64,000 bases of DNA. Source: Desulfobaccales bacterium (lineage in GTDB: Bacteria > Desulfobacterota > Desulfobaccia > Desulfobaccales > 0-14-0-80-60-11). The stretch lies in assembly GCA_041648175.1 (NCBI GenBank), contig JBAZPO010000005.1, positions 101,724 to 165,723 of the forward strand. Reading direction: 5' to 3'. Positions 44,385 to 54,692 of this stretch are shown here, in pieces. The translations under genes and the position numbers were made by a program. The notes beneath the pieces were generated by a model. The model did not search any database and was not told the DNA's origin. It saw nothing but the letters and a program-made list of their open reading frames with translations. How positions within the stretch are numbered: position 1 is the stretch's first letter; every line of letters begins with the position of its first letter.

Positions 44385-45800
44385 ATGGATCTTTTGAAGA
44401 GGGAATATAGCTCGCTGAGCTACATCTCGGGGCCGCTGCTGTTCGTGGATAATGCCCGAGATCTGGCCTATAACGCCATCGTGGAAATCAGGGATGGCCA
44501 AGGCCGGTTGCGGAGCGGCCAGGTCATCGAGGTGTCCGAGGAATATGCGGTCATTCAAGTATTTGAGGAGACCGCGGGACTGGACCTGGCCCGGACCTCA
44601 GTGAGCCTGGTGGAAAATGTGGCCCGCCTGGGGGTGTCTAAAGACATGCTGGGCCGGCGCTTCAACGGCATCGGCAAACCCATTGACCATTTGCCCCCGG
44701 TCCTGGCGGAAAAGCGCCCGGCCATCGCCGGCATGCCTATCAACCCCGTGGCCCGCAAGAAGCCCGTGGAGTTTATTCAAACCGGCATTTCCACCATCGA
44801 CATCATGAACACCTTGGTCCGCGGGCAGAAGCTGCCGATTTTTTCCTCTCCCGGCCTGCCCGCCAATGAACTTGCGGCCCAGATTGCCCGGCAAGCCACC
44901 GTACCCGGGGAGCAATCCCCCTTCGCGGTGGTTTTTGCCGCCATGGGGGTGACGCAGCGGGAAGTGAGTTATTTCATCAGCGAGTTCGAGAAGACCGGGG
45001 CCTTGTCGCGATCGGTGCTGTTTCTCAATAAGGCCGACGATCCCACGGTGGAGCGCATCCTGACGCCCCGTATGGCTCTGACGGTGGCGGAGTACCTGGC
45101 CTTTGAGCACGGTTACCATGTGCTTGTGATCCTGACGGATATGACCAATTATTGCGAGGCGCTCCGCGAGGTGGGTGCTTCCCGGGGTGAGATCCCCGGT
45201 CGCCGCGGCTACCCAGGTTACATGTATACCGACCTTTCCACTATCTATGAACGCGCCGGGGTGATTGCCGGAAGCTCGGGCTCGGTGACCCAAATCCCTA
45301 TACTCTCCATGCCCGGAGGCGATCGCACCCACCCTATTCCGGATTTGACCGGTTACATCACCGAAGGGCAGATTCAGCTCTCCAACGAGCTGAACCGCAA
45401 AGGCTTTTTTCCGCCCATCGACCCCCTCCCCTCCCTCTCCAGATTGGCTAACAGCGCCATCGGCAAGGGCAAGACCCGGGACGACCACAAGCAGGTCTCG
45501 GATCAGCTCTTTGCGGCCTACGCCAACGGCGTGGACATCCGCAAGCTGGTGGCCATCATCGGCGAGGAGAGCTTAACCGAAAACGATCGCCGTTATCTTG
45601 CGTTCGCTGACAGCTTCGAAAAGAACTTCATTCATCAGGGCCAGCAAAACCGGGAACTGGACGAATCGCTCGATCTGGCCTGGTCGCTGCTCTCCATTCT
45701 GCCGGAATCCGAGTTGAAGCGGGTTTCCGAGGATCACATCGGCAAATATTATGGCGCCCGGCTCAAGGATTTTTGGGATACACAAAAGGAAGTTCCATGA
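44385..45800 (+). CDS. atpB: A/V-type ATPase subunit B
   Basis: Strong pattern match to V/A-type B subunits ([43 protein letters not shown]). Confidence 0.95.
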   Translation: MDLLKREYSSLSYISGPLLFVDNARDLAYNAIVEIRDGQGRLRSGQVIEVSEEYAVIQVFEETAGLDLARTSVSLVENVARLGVSKDMLGRRFNGIGKPIDHLPPVLAEKRPAIAGMPINPVARKKPVEFIQTGISTIDIMNTLVRGQKLPIFSSPGLPANELAAQIARQATVPGEQSPFAVVFAAMGVTQREVSYFISEFEKTGALSRSVLFLNKADDPTVERILTPRMALTVAEYLAFEHGYHVLVILTDMTNYCEALREVGASRGEIPGRRGYPGYMYTDLSTIYERAGVIAGSSGSVTQIPILSMPGGDRTHPIPDLTGYITEGQIQLSNELNRKGFFPPIDPLPSLSRLANSAIGKGKTRDDHKQVSDQLFAAYANGVDIRKLVAIIGEESLTENDRRYLAFADSFEKNFIHQGQQNRELDESLDLAWSLLSILPESELKRVSEDHIGKYYGARLKDFWDTQKEVP

Positions 45801-46417
45801 ACGGGATCAGCCCCACCCGGATGAACCTACTCTCCCGCCGCAGTCAACTGGGACTGGCCAGCCGGGGTGTAGAGCTGCTGGAAAAGAAGCGGGACGCGCT
45901 CGTAAAGGAATTCTTCGCAAACGTGCACGAGGCCTTGGAGGCGCGGAGGCAGCTTTATCAAAGCGCCCAGGAGGCCCACCGGGCCTTGATGTTGGCGAAA
46001 TCTTTCGACGGACCCGAGGTCGTAGAGACGCTCTCATTAGGAGTGCCGGTCAGGTTCACCGCGCAGGCCGAGATTGACAATGTCTGGGGAACCCGGGTGC
46101 CGCGGCTGGCCATAGCTGCCTCTCAGGCAGCCACCATGAGCCCGCTGGCAGTGGGAGGGAGGACCATAGCAGCTCAGGCCGCCTTTCACAGACTTTGCCA
46201 GGTGCTCATCGAGGTAGCTAATCGCGAAGCGCGCCTGCGCCGCATTGCCGGAGAAATCAAAAAGACGGCCCGCCGGGTGAATGCCTTGCAGCAGGCGGTA
46301 ATTCCCGGCATTCGCGCCCAAATCCGCGCCATCCAACAGGCCCTCGATCAACAGGAGCAGGAGGACATCTTTCGGCTCAAACGCATTAAGGGCAAGATCG
46401 AGGCTCACAATCCCTAA
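45797..46417 (+). CDS. atpD: A/V-type ATPase central-stalk subunit D
   Basis: [32 protein letters not shown] opening. ATGA overlap with the subunit B stop. Confidence 0.9.
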   Translation: MNGISPTRMNLLSRRSQLGLASRGVELLEKKRDALVKEFFANVHEALEARRQLYQSAQEAHRALMLAKSFDGPEVVETLSLGVPVRFTAQAEIDNVWGTRVPRLAIAASQAATMSPLAVGGRTIAAQAAFHRLCQVLIEVANREARLRRIAGEIKKTARRVNALQQAVIPGIRAQIRAIQQALDQQEQEDIFRLKRIKGKIEAHNP

Positions 46418-46489
46418 AAAGATTCCGGCGAGCGGTGTTCACTAAGAAAATTTCGGAGGGAGGATTTGAAGCTGGATACATGAAATAGC

Positions 46490-46564
46490 TGGAGGCGGCA
46501 TCCAGATTCGAACTGGAGAATAACGGTTTTGCAGACCGCTGCCTTACCTCTTGGCTATGCCGCC
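46490..46564 (-). tRNA. tRNA-Cys (GCA)
   Basis: Reverse complement GGCGGCATAGCCAAGAGGTAAGGCAGCGGTCTGCAAAACCGTTATTCTCCAGTTCGAATCTGGATGCCGCCTCCA folds as a cloverleaf. Anticodon loop CTGCAAA, T-loop TTCGAAT, encoded CCA. Confidence 0.9.
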
Positions 46565-46566
46565 TC

Positions 46567-46641
46567 TGGAGCGGGAAAGGGGATTCGAACCCCCGACTTC
46601 GACCTTGGCAAGGTCGCACTCTACCGCTGAGTTATTCCCGC
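46567..46641 (-). tRNA. tRNA-Gly (GCC)
   Basis: Reverse complement GCGGGAATAACTCAGCGGTAGAGTGCGACCTTGCCAAGGTCGAAGTCGGGGGTTCGAATCCCCTTTCCCGCTCCA. Anticodon loop TTGCCAA, encoded CCA. Confidence 0.9.
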
Positions 46642-46907
46642 TCACCCCTTTTATGTCTTAAAAATCGGCCGACTTGTCAAGGGGAAAATTGTCTCCAGAA
46701 AGCAAGAACAGCATTTTGTCAGCTCTCAATTTCCTTTTAACGACTCGACGGTTTGCATAAATCTCCTCGTCTTTTTTGGCAAAAGTTCATGGTTATTTTT
46801 ACTTGTTAATCCTGATATAATGTTAAATATAAAACGATTTTATCCATAAAATCCAATGAGCAGCCATCTATCCCATATACCAGGACTTAAAGTCTAGGAG
46901 CGCCTCC

Positions 46908-48947
46908 ATGGAATTTCGCAGCGTCAATACCACCTGTTCTTACTGCGGCTGCGGCTGCGGCCTCCTCCTGCAGGTCTTGGATGATCAGGTAATTTCCACC
47001 CTGCCGGTGAAAACCCACCCGGTCAGCCAGGGCAGCCTTTGCATCAAAGGCTGGAACATTCACGAGTTTGTCGGCAGCGACCAGCGCCTGAAGCAACCGT
47101 TTATGCGCCAAGATGGCCAACTGGCACCGGTGAGTTGGGATGAAGCCCTGGACACCGCGGCCCAGGGGTTAAAGAAGGTCGTGGACCAATACGGCCCCGA
47201 CGCAGTGGCGGTGCTGGCTTCCGCCAAGGTCACCAACGAAGAGAACTATCTGATCCAAAAATTCGCCCGGGCCGCCATCGGCACCAACAACGTCGATCAC
47301 TGCGCCCGCCTCTGACACAGCTCAACCGTGGTCGGTCTGGCCGCGGCTTTCGGTTCCGGCGCCATGACCAACTCTTTGCCTGAGTTAGCCAACGCCAAAT
47401 GCATCTTCATCATCGGCTCCAATACCACCGAAAATCACCCCATCGCCGCCAAATGGGTCTTCCGGGGCCAAGAAAACGGCGCCAAGATCATCGTAGTAGA
47501 TCCCCGCTTCACCCAGATGGCCTTTCTGGCGGATATCGCAGTGCAGCATAACCTGGGCACCGATGTGGCCCTCATCAACGGCCTGATGCATATTATTATT
47601 AAAGAAGGCTGGCACGATAAGGCGTACATTGACGAGCGCACTGAAGGCTTCGAAGCATTGGCAGCCAAGGTCGAGGAATATGCTCCGGAAAAGGTAGCTC
47701 AAATCACCGGTATCGATGCCGCCATCCTACGCCGGATGGCCGAAATGTTTGCCAAGACCAAGCCCGCGGCCATCATTTACTGCATGGGCATCACCCAGCA
47801 CACCACCGGCGTGGACAACGTCAAATCCCTGGCCAACCTGGCCATGCTCACCGGCAATGTGGGCGTGGCCTCCGGCGGCGTCAACCCTCTAAGGGGCCAG
47901 AACAACGTCCAGGGGGCCTGCGACATGGGCGGCCTGCCCAACGTCTTCACAGGCTACCAGCCGGTGGCCGACGAAGCCGCCAACGCCAAGTTCTCCCAGG
48001 CCTGGGGCCGGGACCTGCCCAAAAAACCGGGGCTCACCATGCTGGAGATGTTCCAAGGCATCGATGAAGGCAAGATTAAAGCCCTTTATGTCGTGGGCGA
48101 AAATCCCCTGGTCACCGACCCGGACTTGCGCCATGTCGAATCGGCCCTCAAGAAACTGGACATCTTCATCGTCCAGGATATCTTCCTGACCCAAACGGCT
48201 AAATTGGCGGACCTGGTCCTCCCCGGCACGTCTTTCGCCGAAAAAGACGGCACCTTCAGCAACACCGAACGCCGGGTGGAGCTGGTGCGCCAGGCGATTA
48301 AGCCCGTGGGCGACTCCCGCCCTGACTGGCAGATCACTCAGGACCTGTCCACCCGTGTCGGTTATCCCATGCACTACGCCTCTCCGGAAGAGGTCTTCGA
48401 GGAGATCAAGAGCCTTACCCCCAGCTATGCCGGCATGAGCTATGCACGCCTGGCCGACAAAGGCCTGCAGTGGCCCTGCCCTACTCCGGACCATCCCGGC
48501 ACCGAGTTTCTGCATAAAGACCGGTTCAGCCGGGGCAAGGGGGCTTTTTCCGTCATAGACTACAAGCCGCCGGCGGAGGTGGCGGACTCGGACTACCCGA
48601 TGCTGCTTTCCACCGGGCGAGCCTTCATGCATTACCACTCCGGCTCCATGACCCGGGTTTCGCCCACCCTGCACCAGGAATTGCCGGAGGGCTACGTGGA
48701 GATCAGTCCGGTGGACGCCAAAGTCATGCAGATTAAAGACGGAGAGCGGGTTAAGGTCAGCTCCCGCCGGGGCGAAATCCAGATCAAGGCCAAGATCAGC
48801 CGCAAAGTGAACCGGGGTGTGGTCTTCATCCCCTTCCACTTTGCCGAGGCCGCGGCCAACGTCCTCACCAACCCGGCCTGCGACCCTGTGGCCAAGATCC
48901 CGGAATTCAAAGTCTGCGCCGTTAAAGTGGAGAAACTGGCGGCATAG
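46908..48947 (+). CDS. fdhF: Selenocysteine-containing formate dehydrogenase H-like molybdopterin oxidoreductase (in-frame UGA at 47313..47315)
   Basis: The two track ORFs (46908..47315 and 47328..48947) are in the same frame and are separated only by TGA. Context NNVDHCARL-U-HSSTVVGL parallels the FdhF active site (CARV-U-HGPSV). N-terminal CSYCGCGCG Fe-S motif. No Tat signal. Confidence 0.9.
47326..47346 (+). promoter_or_regulatory. Candidate bacterial SECIS hairpin
   Basis: CCGUGGUC-GGUCU-GGCCGCGG: an 8-bp stem (two G-U pairs) with a GGUCU apical loop, starting 11 nt after the UGA. This resembles the E. coli fdhF SECIS apical loop as I remember it. Confidence 0.6.
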
Positions 48948-48971
48948 AGCGATATAGACATTAAGAAAGAA

Positions 48972-49001
48972 CTAGGGTGTCCCGAGCCACCCTAGTTTTT
49001 T
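48972..49001 (+). terminator. Intrinsic terminator after fdhF
   Basis: ctagggtg-tcccgagc-caccctag followed by ttttttat, 25 nt after the stop. Confidence 0.7.
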
Positions 49002-49108
49002 ATCTTCGCGCCTTGGCGTGAGTTTTTGTGGAAGTCCAATGGCGGAAACGTTCCCTGTCTCAATTTTTTAGCTCTTGCCATCCCACTGGACCGCGATACA
49101 ATGCCATC

Positions 49109-50365
49109 ATGATGGAATTATTGGCCGAAATCAAAAGCCGGGCGCAGGGCCTGGGCGATGAGCTGGTGACCCTGCGGCGGGAGTTCCACCAATACCCGGA
49201 ACTCTCCCACCACGAGGAACGCACCGCCCGGGTGGTGGCAGAGTATTTGCAGAACCTGGGCTTGGAGGTAAAAACCGGTCTGGCTGGCCACGGGGTGCTG
49301 GGGGTTTTGAAAGGCGCCCGGCCGGGGCGGGCGGTAGCCTGGCGGGCCGACATGGACGCCTTGCCCATCGTCGAGAAGCTGAAGCTCCCCTGGTGCTCTC
49401 AGGTTGAGGGGGTTATGCATGCCTGCGGGCATGACTTCCACGTGAGCATCGGTCTGGCCGCGGCTCGCGTGCTCAGCGAATTCAAGGACCGGCTGGCCGG
49501 GGAGTTCCGATTTATCTTCCAACCCGCGGAAGAAGGCCCGCCCATCGGCGATTCCGGCGCCAAGGGCATGGTGCATGCGGGTGTTCTCGATAACCCAAAG
49601 GTGGCCGCGGTGTGCGCCTTGCACGTGGCGCCTAACCTGGACGTGGGGAACATCCGCTATGGCCCGGGGGTGGTGATGGCCGGGGCTGACCGCATGATCC
49701 TTACGGTCACCGGCAAGTCGGCCCACGGCGCCACACCCCACCGGGGAGTGGACCCCATCCTGGTGACGGCCCAGGTGCTCAATCAGATTCAGGGTTTCCT
49801 GGCCCAGCAGATCGACGCCCGGTCCCCCAAGATTCTAACCTTCGGCCGCATCCAGGGCGGCAACCGCTTCAATATCCTGGCGGACGAGGTCACTCTGGAC
49901 GGGAGCCTCCGCTACCTCCAGGAATCGGTGCGCCAGGACGTCCTAAAGGGCCTGCGGCGGCAGTTCGAGGGGCTGTCCCAGGCCACCGGGGCCGAAGTCA
50001 AGCTCACGGTGGAGCCCCTGTTTCCCATGCTCAAAAACGACCCGGCCCTCACCTCCCAGGCGGTGCAGGTGCTTCAGACCCTCCTGGGGCCCCAGCGCCT
50101 CAAGAGGCTGCATCCGGCCATGGGGAGCGAAGATTTCCCTTATTACGCCGCCATCTCCCCAGGGTTCTATTTTTTCTTGGGGGTTCGCACTCCAGGCACG
50201 CGGGGCCACGCCCTGCACTCCTCCCTATTCAATCCCGATGAAGCGGCCCTGCCTTATGGTCTTATGGCCGCGGCAGGGCTCTTAGTCTGCCTGAGCGAGC
50301 CGCAATTTCCCGCTCTACCACCAGCGGGTCCGGTTCCCCAAGAAGAAGGCCCGGGGGCTATGTAG
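49109..50365 (+). CDS. M20-family amidohydrolase (aminoacylase / hippurate-hydrolase-like)
   Basis: FHQYPELSHHEERTA, RADMDALP, HACGHD and FIFQPAEE are M20D metal-site motifs. Preferred start MMELLAEIK at 49109. Confidence 0.85.
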   Translation: MMELLAEIKSRAQGLGDELVTLRREFHQYPELSHHEERTARVVAEYLQNLGLEVKTGLAGHGVLGVLKGARPGRAVAWRADMDALPIVEKLKLPWCSQVEGVMHACGHDFHVSIGLAAARVLSEFKDRLAGEFRFIFQPAEEGPPIGDSGAKGMVHAGVLDNPKVAAVCALHVAPNLDVGNIRYGPGVVMAGADRMILTVTGKSAHGATPHRGVDPILVTAQVLNQIQGFLAQQIDARSPKILTFGRIQGGNRFNILADEVTLDGSLRYLQESVRQDVLKGLRRQFEGLSQATGAEVKLTVEPLFPMLKNDPALTSQAVQVLQTLLGPQRLKRLHPAMGSEDFPYYAAISPGFYFFLGVRTPGTRGHALHSSLFNPDEAALPYGLMAAAGLLVCLSEPQFPALPPAGPVPQEEGPGAM

Positions 50366-50583
50366 GATGGGGCTTCGGGGTCCATACCCAGGAGACAATG
50401 GCGGCACGGAGAGAGACAATTAAGGTTATGATGGCCACTTGTAAGGCATCAAACACGAGGGAACAAATTTCAGACGCGCTGGATTAGCAAACGGTTAGGT
50501 GTGGAAATAAGACAAAAATTTCTAATTTTCACTTTAAAACTGGTGGGCTTTGAGGATTTTGTCACCCCATGAGGATAAAGAAA

Positions 50584-50823
50584 TTATCCTGGCCAATCTT
50601 CCTCCCAGTCTTCCTTATCCATCCTCTGAGCCGTACTGTTGAACAGGTTGTGCTCTATTGTCCAGTTAGATGTGTTAAACTTTGGTGAGGCGCCTTGGAA
50701 ACCTGATTTGTAACTTCCCGGATAGCTGGATGCACAACCAAACGCCGTAAGACTAATCACCACGATTATTAGCAGAGCAAAGCCAATCCGCCGTCTCCAT
50801 AAGGGTTTCATCTGAGATCGCAT
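50584..50823 (-). CDS. Small putative lipoprotein, 79 aa
   Basis: Lipobox-like LTAFGC after a hydrophobic signal. AAGGAGG SD 7 nt upstream. Sits in an AT-rich islet. Confidence 0.55.
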   Translation of the reverse strand: MRSQMKPLWRRRIGFALLIIVVISLTAFGCASSYPGSYKSGFQGASPKFNTSNWTIEHNLFNSTAQRMDKEDWEEDWPG

Positions 50824-50845
50824 TTCTCTGCCTCCTTTTGCCTAA

Positions 50846-51133
50846 TTACCTTCCCTGTTCAAGCATTTCCTCCAACTCTTCGGGCTCTAACTTCTGATAC
50901 CTATTATTCAGATTACGCTTTATTATCATTTCAATGATTCTAACTCCTATATTCTTGTCGTCTGGCATATTATCGTCGTTCATTGCGTGAGTGCTTCTTT
51001 CTACAAGTTCAGCCTGATACTGTGGGCTAGGTATATTGGCTTTATCTTGGCACTTTAGTTCACCAACATTAAATAGCAACGCCATAAATTGAACTATGAC
51101 GATAAGATTAATTAAAATAGCCGGTTTTTTCAT
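50846..51133 (-). CDS. Small secreted or membrane-anchored hypothetical protein, 95 aa
   Basis: N-terminal hydrophobic segment KKPAILINLIVIVQFMALLF. GAGG SD. AT-rich codon usage unlike the flanking genes. Confidence 0.5.
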   Translation of the reverse strand: MKKPAILINLIVIVQFMALLFNVGELKCQDKANIPSPQYQAELVERSTHAMNDDNMPDDKNIGVRIIEMIIKRNLNNRYQKLEPEELEEMLEQGR

Positions 51134-51370
51134 GGCAATACCTCAGAATAATCTTATGTGAGTGGAATACCCCTAAAGCCCCCCTTAATTTTTCTTGTGT
51201 GTGTAAACTAAAGCCGCTTGCCTGGTGATTCAATAGGTACATTTACCCTTTTTGGAATAGGCAAAAATGCCTATCCCTTGACAACTTTTAGCGGAGCGGG
51301 CCAGAGTATCGAGAAGCGATAAAAAGCGGGGTTCTGGTGGAGGCTAAAGAGGTAGGGGTAAGGCTGGCTG

Positions 51371-51916
51371 TTAATCAGCCTGAGGCTTGGAGCGCCTGAG
51401 CCAATCCGGCGTGCGGGCCTCGGGGAGGGCGTCGCCGTCGGGGATGTAAGGTTTAAGGTCCAGGATGGGGGAGCCATCCCGGGCGTCCAGATCGGCTACC
51501 TCCACGATGTTGCCCTTCACGTTGAGGATGCGGCAGGCGGTAAAGCCGATAAGGTTGGGGCGCACCGGGGCGCGACAGGCGAAAACGCCGGACAAAGGGT
51601 TGGCCGGATCGCGGCGGGGATGGACCTGAAGGGTCCGGCGTTCCTCCGGGTTATCGTTTTCGTGGAACCAGTAAAATACCCAGAGGTGCGAGAAACTCTG
51701 GAGGCCGTCCAGGGCTGGGGCATATTCCGGAAAAATCTCCAAATAGACCTGTTTGCCCTGCTTTTTCACCACGCCAACGGGGTTCAGACAGATGGGTTTG
51801 ATGGCCTCTCTCCTGAGGTTCTGCGATTTTGGACCCGGGTTTTCAGCGTAGCCGGGGGTTGAAAATAAGAAAACCCATATTCCGATTGTGATTAACCATA
51901 GCGTCATGGACTTCAT
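51371..51916 (-). CDS. TsaA/TrmO (YaeB)-family domain protein with a signal-peptide-like N-terminal extension
   Basis: Core motifs LDGLQSFSHLWVFYWFH, GVFACRAPVRPNLIG and DGSPILDLKPYIP. N-terminus MKSMTLWLITIGIWVFLFSTPGYA looks like a Sec signal. Start choice (51916, 51907 or 51973) is uncertain. Confidence 0.7.
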   Translation of the reverse strand: MKSMTLWLITIGIWVFLFSTPGYAENPGPKSQNLRREAIKPICLNPVGVVKKQGKQVYLEIFPEYAPALDGLQSFSHLWVFYWFHENDNPEERRTLQVHPRRDPANPLSGVFACRAPVRPNLIGFTACRILNVKGNIVEVADLDARDGSPILDLKPYIPDGDALPEARTPDWLRRSKPQAD

Positions 51917-51963
51917 TTCATAATACATAACTATCTGAAATGAGGGTTGCAAAATTGGGGATT

Positions 51964-52560
51964 TATATAACATCCTGAAATCCCCCTAAATCCCAGCAAT
52001 GTCCGGTTAGAAAATTGCATGAGGTTGTGCTGCCCCCCTCACCCCAGCCCTCTCCCCCCGAAGCGGGTGGAGAGGGGGCAGGAGATGTGGCCGTTTTAGT
52101 AACCATAAGGTATTAAATCGGTTCCACTTTTTCCCCTCTCCCCAATGGGGGAGAGGGTTAGGGGGAAGTAATCTTCTCGGAGCCGGAGTGCGCAGCGATT
52201 TTTTGAGCTGTTGGACTACGCCCAACGAACTTCCTCAATTTGCAAAAACCAAACCGGACACTGCTGCCTAAATCCCCCTTTTTCAAAGGGGGACTTAAAC
52301 TGCCAAGTCCAGTGTTCCGGACCTGAATTTATTTGCAGTTAATTCTGAAACAGGCCACTGGTGTTGTGTACCGGAAATACCCCACAAAATACTGGTCGTT
52401 ATAACTCCCCCCCTCGTGGGAGGGGGCTGGAGGGAGGGGGATAACTTAGCGTGACTCCCAACAAATCCACCCCCACCCCAGCCCTCCCCCATCAAGGGGG
52501 AGGGAGTAAAAGGAAGTAAGACGTTTGTAAGATAAACCTGGACGCCACACTCTTTGTGGC
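51964..52560. repeat. ~0.6-kb non-coding patch built from several different short hairpin repeats
   Basis: Contains at least four CCCTCTCCC...GGGAGAGGG-type hairpins (about 52036, 52128, 52400, 52466) and a family C copy (cctaaatccccctttttcaaagggggacttaaactgcc at 52268..52335). No credible ORF. Confidence 0.75.
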
Positions 52561-52584
52561 GAAGCCAAAATCCACCTCAAGAAT

Positions 52585-53691
52585 CTATGCCGCCCCCTGC
52601 CCCACCGCAAGAAGCTTTTCCAGCACCTCCGCCACCAGATCCAGAGGCACGTCTGCTGCGATCACTGCTTCGCCCAGGCGGCGCAGCAGCACGAAAGGCA
52701 CGCCGGTTTCCTGGCGCTTTTTGTCCAGGCGCAATGCACTCATCACAGCATCCGGGTCGAGTTTCGGGAGGGTGCGGCAGAGGCCGAAGTCTCGAATAAG
52801 CTTCCGGCCCCATTCCGCTTCAGCATGATCCAGGCCGGCAAGATGTTCCGACAGAGTCAGGGAGCCTAGCATACCCCAGGCTACCGCCCGGCCATGGGGG
52901 AGGCGGAAGCGGGAAGCTTGCTCCAGGCCGTGGCCCAGGGTGTGCCCGAAGTTGAGGATGCGCCGCAGGTCTCCTTCCCGTTCGTCTTGCGACACCACCT
53001 CGGCCTTGATGGCCGCGGCCCGATAAATGGTTTCCGTCAATGGCGCTGGAGCGTGAAAGAGCTTTGTTCTGGCCACAGCCAGACTCTGCAATAGGTCCAG
53101 ATCCCAGATAAAACCGGCCTTGAGGACTTCGGCCAGGCCGTTCAGCTGCTCGGCCTGGGGCAGGGTATGCAGGAATTCCGGGTCCAGGGCCACCAACCGG
53201 GGCTGGTGGAAGGTCCCCAAGAGGTTTTTGCCTTCAGGCAGGTTGATGGCGGTTTTGCCGCCGATGGCTGCGTCCACCATGGCCAACAAGGTGGTGGGCA
53301 CCTGGATGAAGGGCAAGCCCCGCATGAAGATGGAGGCCAGAAAGCCAGAAAGGTCTCCCACCACGCCACCACCCAGGGCGATGACCGCGGAGCCCCGGTG
53401 GGCGCCACGGGCGAGGAGTTCCCGGGCCAGGCGCTGGACCACGGGCCAGGTCTTGGCCCGTTCGCCCGGAGGAGTGGTCAGCAGCACCGGGGCAAACCCG
53501 GCCGCGGCAAGAGAGCCCAGGACGCTGGCGCTGTGCAGACCGGCCACCCGCCGGTCGGAAATCACAAAGAGTTGGGTGGGGAATTGACTGGGACTCAGTA
53601 GAGTTCCCAGACGATGGCGCAGGCCCGGCTCGATTACCAGCCGGTAACTCATGTCCCGGCCGGGGAGCGGAAGGCGAATCTCCCGCATCAC
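52585..53691 (-). CDS. aroB: 3-dehydroquinate synthase
   Basis: GGGVVGDLSGF, VPTTLLAMVDAAIGGKT, NFGHTLGH and LPHGRAVAWG are AroB signatures. Four-nt overlap with the upstream aroF. Confidence 0.9.
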   Translation of the reverse strand: MMREIRLPLPGRDMSYRLVIEPGLRHRLGTLLSPSQFPTQLFVISDRRVAGLHSASVLGSLAAAGFAPVLLTTPPGERAKTWPVVQRLARELLARGAHRGSAVIALGGGVVGDLSGFLASIFMRGLPFIQVPTTLLAMVDAAIGGKTAINLPEGKNLLGTFHQPRLVALDPEFLHTLPQAEQLNGLAEVLKAGFIWDLDLLQSLAVARTKLFHAPAPLTETIYRAAAIKAEVVSQDEREGDLRRILNFGHTLGHGLEQASRFRLPHGRAVAWGMLGSLTLSEHLAGLDHAEAEWGRKLIRDFGLCRTLPKLDPDAVMSALRLDKKRQETGVPFVLLRRLGEAVIAADVPLDLVAEVLEKLLAVGQGAA

Positions 53692-54692
53692 CAGCCTCCG
53701 GGTTTGAGACCCTTGATTTCTTCCATCAACGCCTGGAATTGGTTGGGATAGAGGGATTGCGCCCCGTCGGACATGGCCTTTTCCGGCTCATGATGCACTT
53801 CAATCATCAGCCCGTCACAGCCTGCGGCCACTGCGGCCCGGGCCAGCGGTCCCACCAGGTCCCGGCGCCCGGCCGCGTGGCTGGGGTCCACGATAATGGG
53901 CAGATGACTCTCGCGCCGTGCCGCGGGAATGATGGAGAGGTCCAGGAGATTCCGGGCATGCTCGCCGACGGCCCGGACGCCCCGTTCGCAGAGAATCACC
54001 TGGGAATTTCCTTCTGACATGATGTATTCCGCGGCCATAAACCACTCGTCTAGAGTGGCGTACATGCCCCGCTTGAGGACAACCGGCTTCCGGGTGCGGC
54101 CGGCGCAGCGCAACAGGCTAAAATTCTGCATATTCCGGGCGCCGATTTGGATGATGTCGACATATTCGGCCACCAGGCGCAGGGAATCATGGTCAATGGC
54201 TTCGGTAACGGTCAACAGCCCGGTCTCTTCCTTAACTTTCTTCAAGATCTTCAAGCCGGCCTTCCCTAAGCCCTGGTAGCTATAGGGAGAGGTGCGCGGC
54301 TTGTAGGCGCCACCCCGGAAGATGCGGGCCCCCGCGGCCTTGACGTGCTCAGCGATGGTCAGGGCCTGGGTCTCGCTCTCTATGGCGCAGGGACCAGCGA
54401 TGATCACAAAATGCCGCCGCCCCAGTTCCAAGCCCGGGAAATGAATAATGGTGTCCTCCCGCTTCATTTCCCGACTCACCAGCTTGTAGGGGCGAGAGAC
54501 CGGGATGGCCTGAATCACCCCGGGCATATCCACAAACAGGGCCGAATCTACCGGCCCGGGATTCCGTAAGATAGCGATGGCTACCCGTTCCCCACCGGGC
54601 ATGGGCTGGGCTTCATATCCCATTGAGTCAATCTTGGCCACCACCGCCTTGATCTGGGGTTCGGTGGCGTCCTTGTCCATTACGATGAGCAT
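53688..54692 (-). CDS. aroF: 3-deoxy-7-phosphoheptulonate (DAHP) synthase, type I-beta with N-terminal regulatory domain
   Basis: N-terminal ferredoxin-like [25 protein letters not shown]. Catalytic [29 protein letters not shown] and DPSHAAG motifs. Confidence 0.9.
   Translation of the reverse strand: MLIVMDKDATEPQIKAVVAKIDSMGYEAQPMPGGERVAIAILRNPGPVDSALFVDMPGVIQAIPVSRPYKLVSREMKREDTIIHFPGLELGRRHFVIIAGPCAIESETQALTIAEHVKAAGARIFRGGAYKPRTSPYSYQGLGKAGLKILKKVKEETGLLTVTEAIDHDSLRLVAEYVDIIQIGARNMQNFSLLRCAGRTRKPVVLKRGMYATLDEWFMAAEYIMSEGNSQVILCERGVRAVGEHARNLLDLSIIPAARRESHLPIIVDPSHAAGRRDLVGPLARAAVAAGCDGLMIEVHHEPEKAMSDGAQSLYPNQFQALMEEIKGLKPGGW

Noticed and set aside
47313-47330. The formate dehydrogenase appears split into two ORFs (46908-47315 and 47328-48947), which could be read as a pseudogene or a premature stop.
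   Set aside because: Both parts are in the same frame and are separated only by TGA at the position of the catalytic selenocysteine (CARL-U-HSS). A SECIS-like hairpin follows. I therefore annotated it as one selenoprotein gene.
51964-52560. The cluster of short GC palindromes considered as a possible CRISPR array.
   Set aside because: The units differ in sequence and length, spacing is irregular, there are no unique spacers of constant size, and there are no cas genes in the window.
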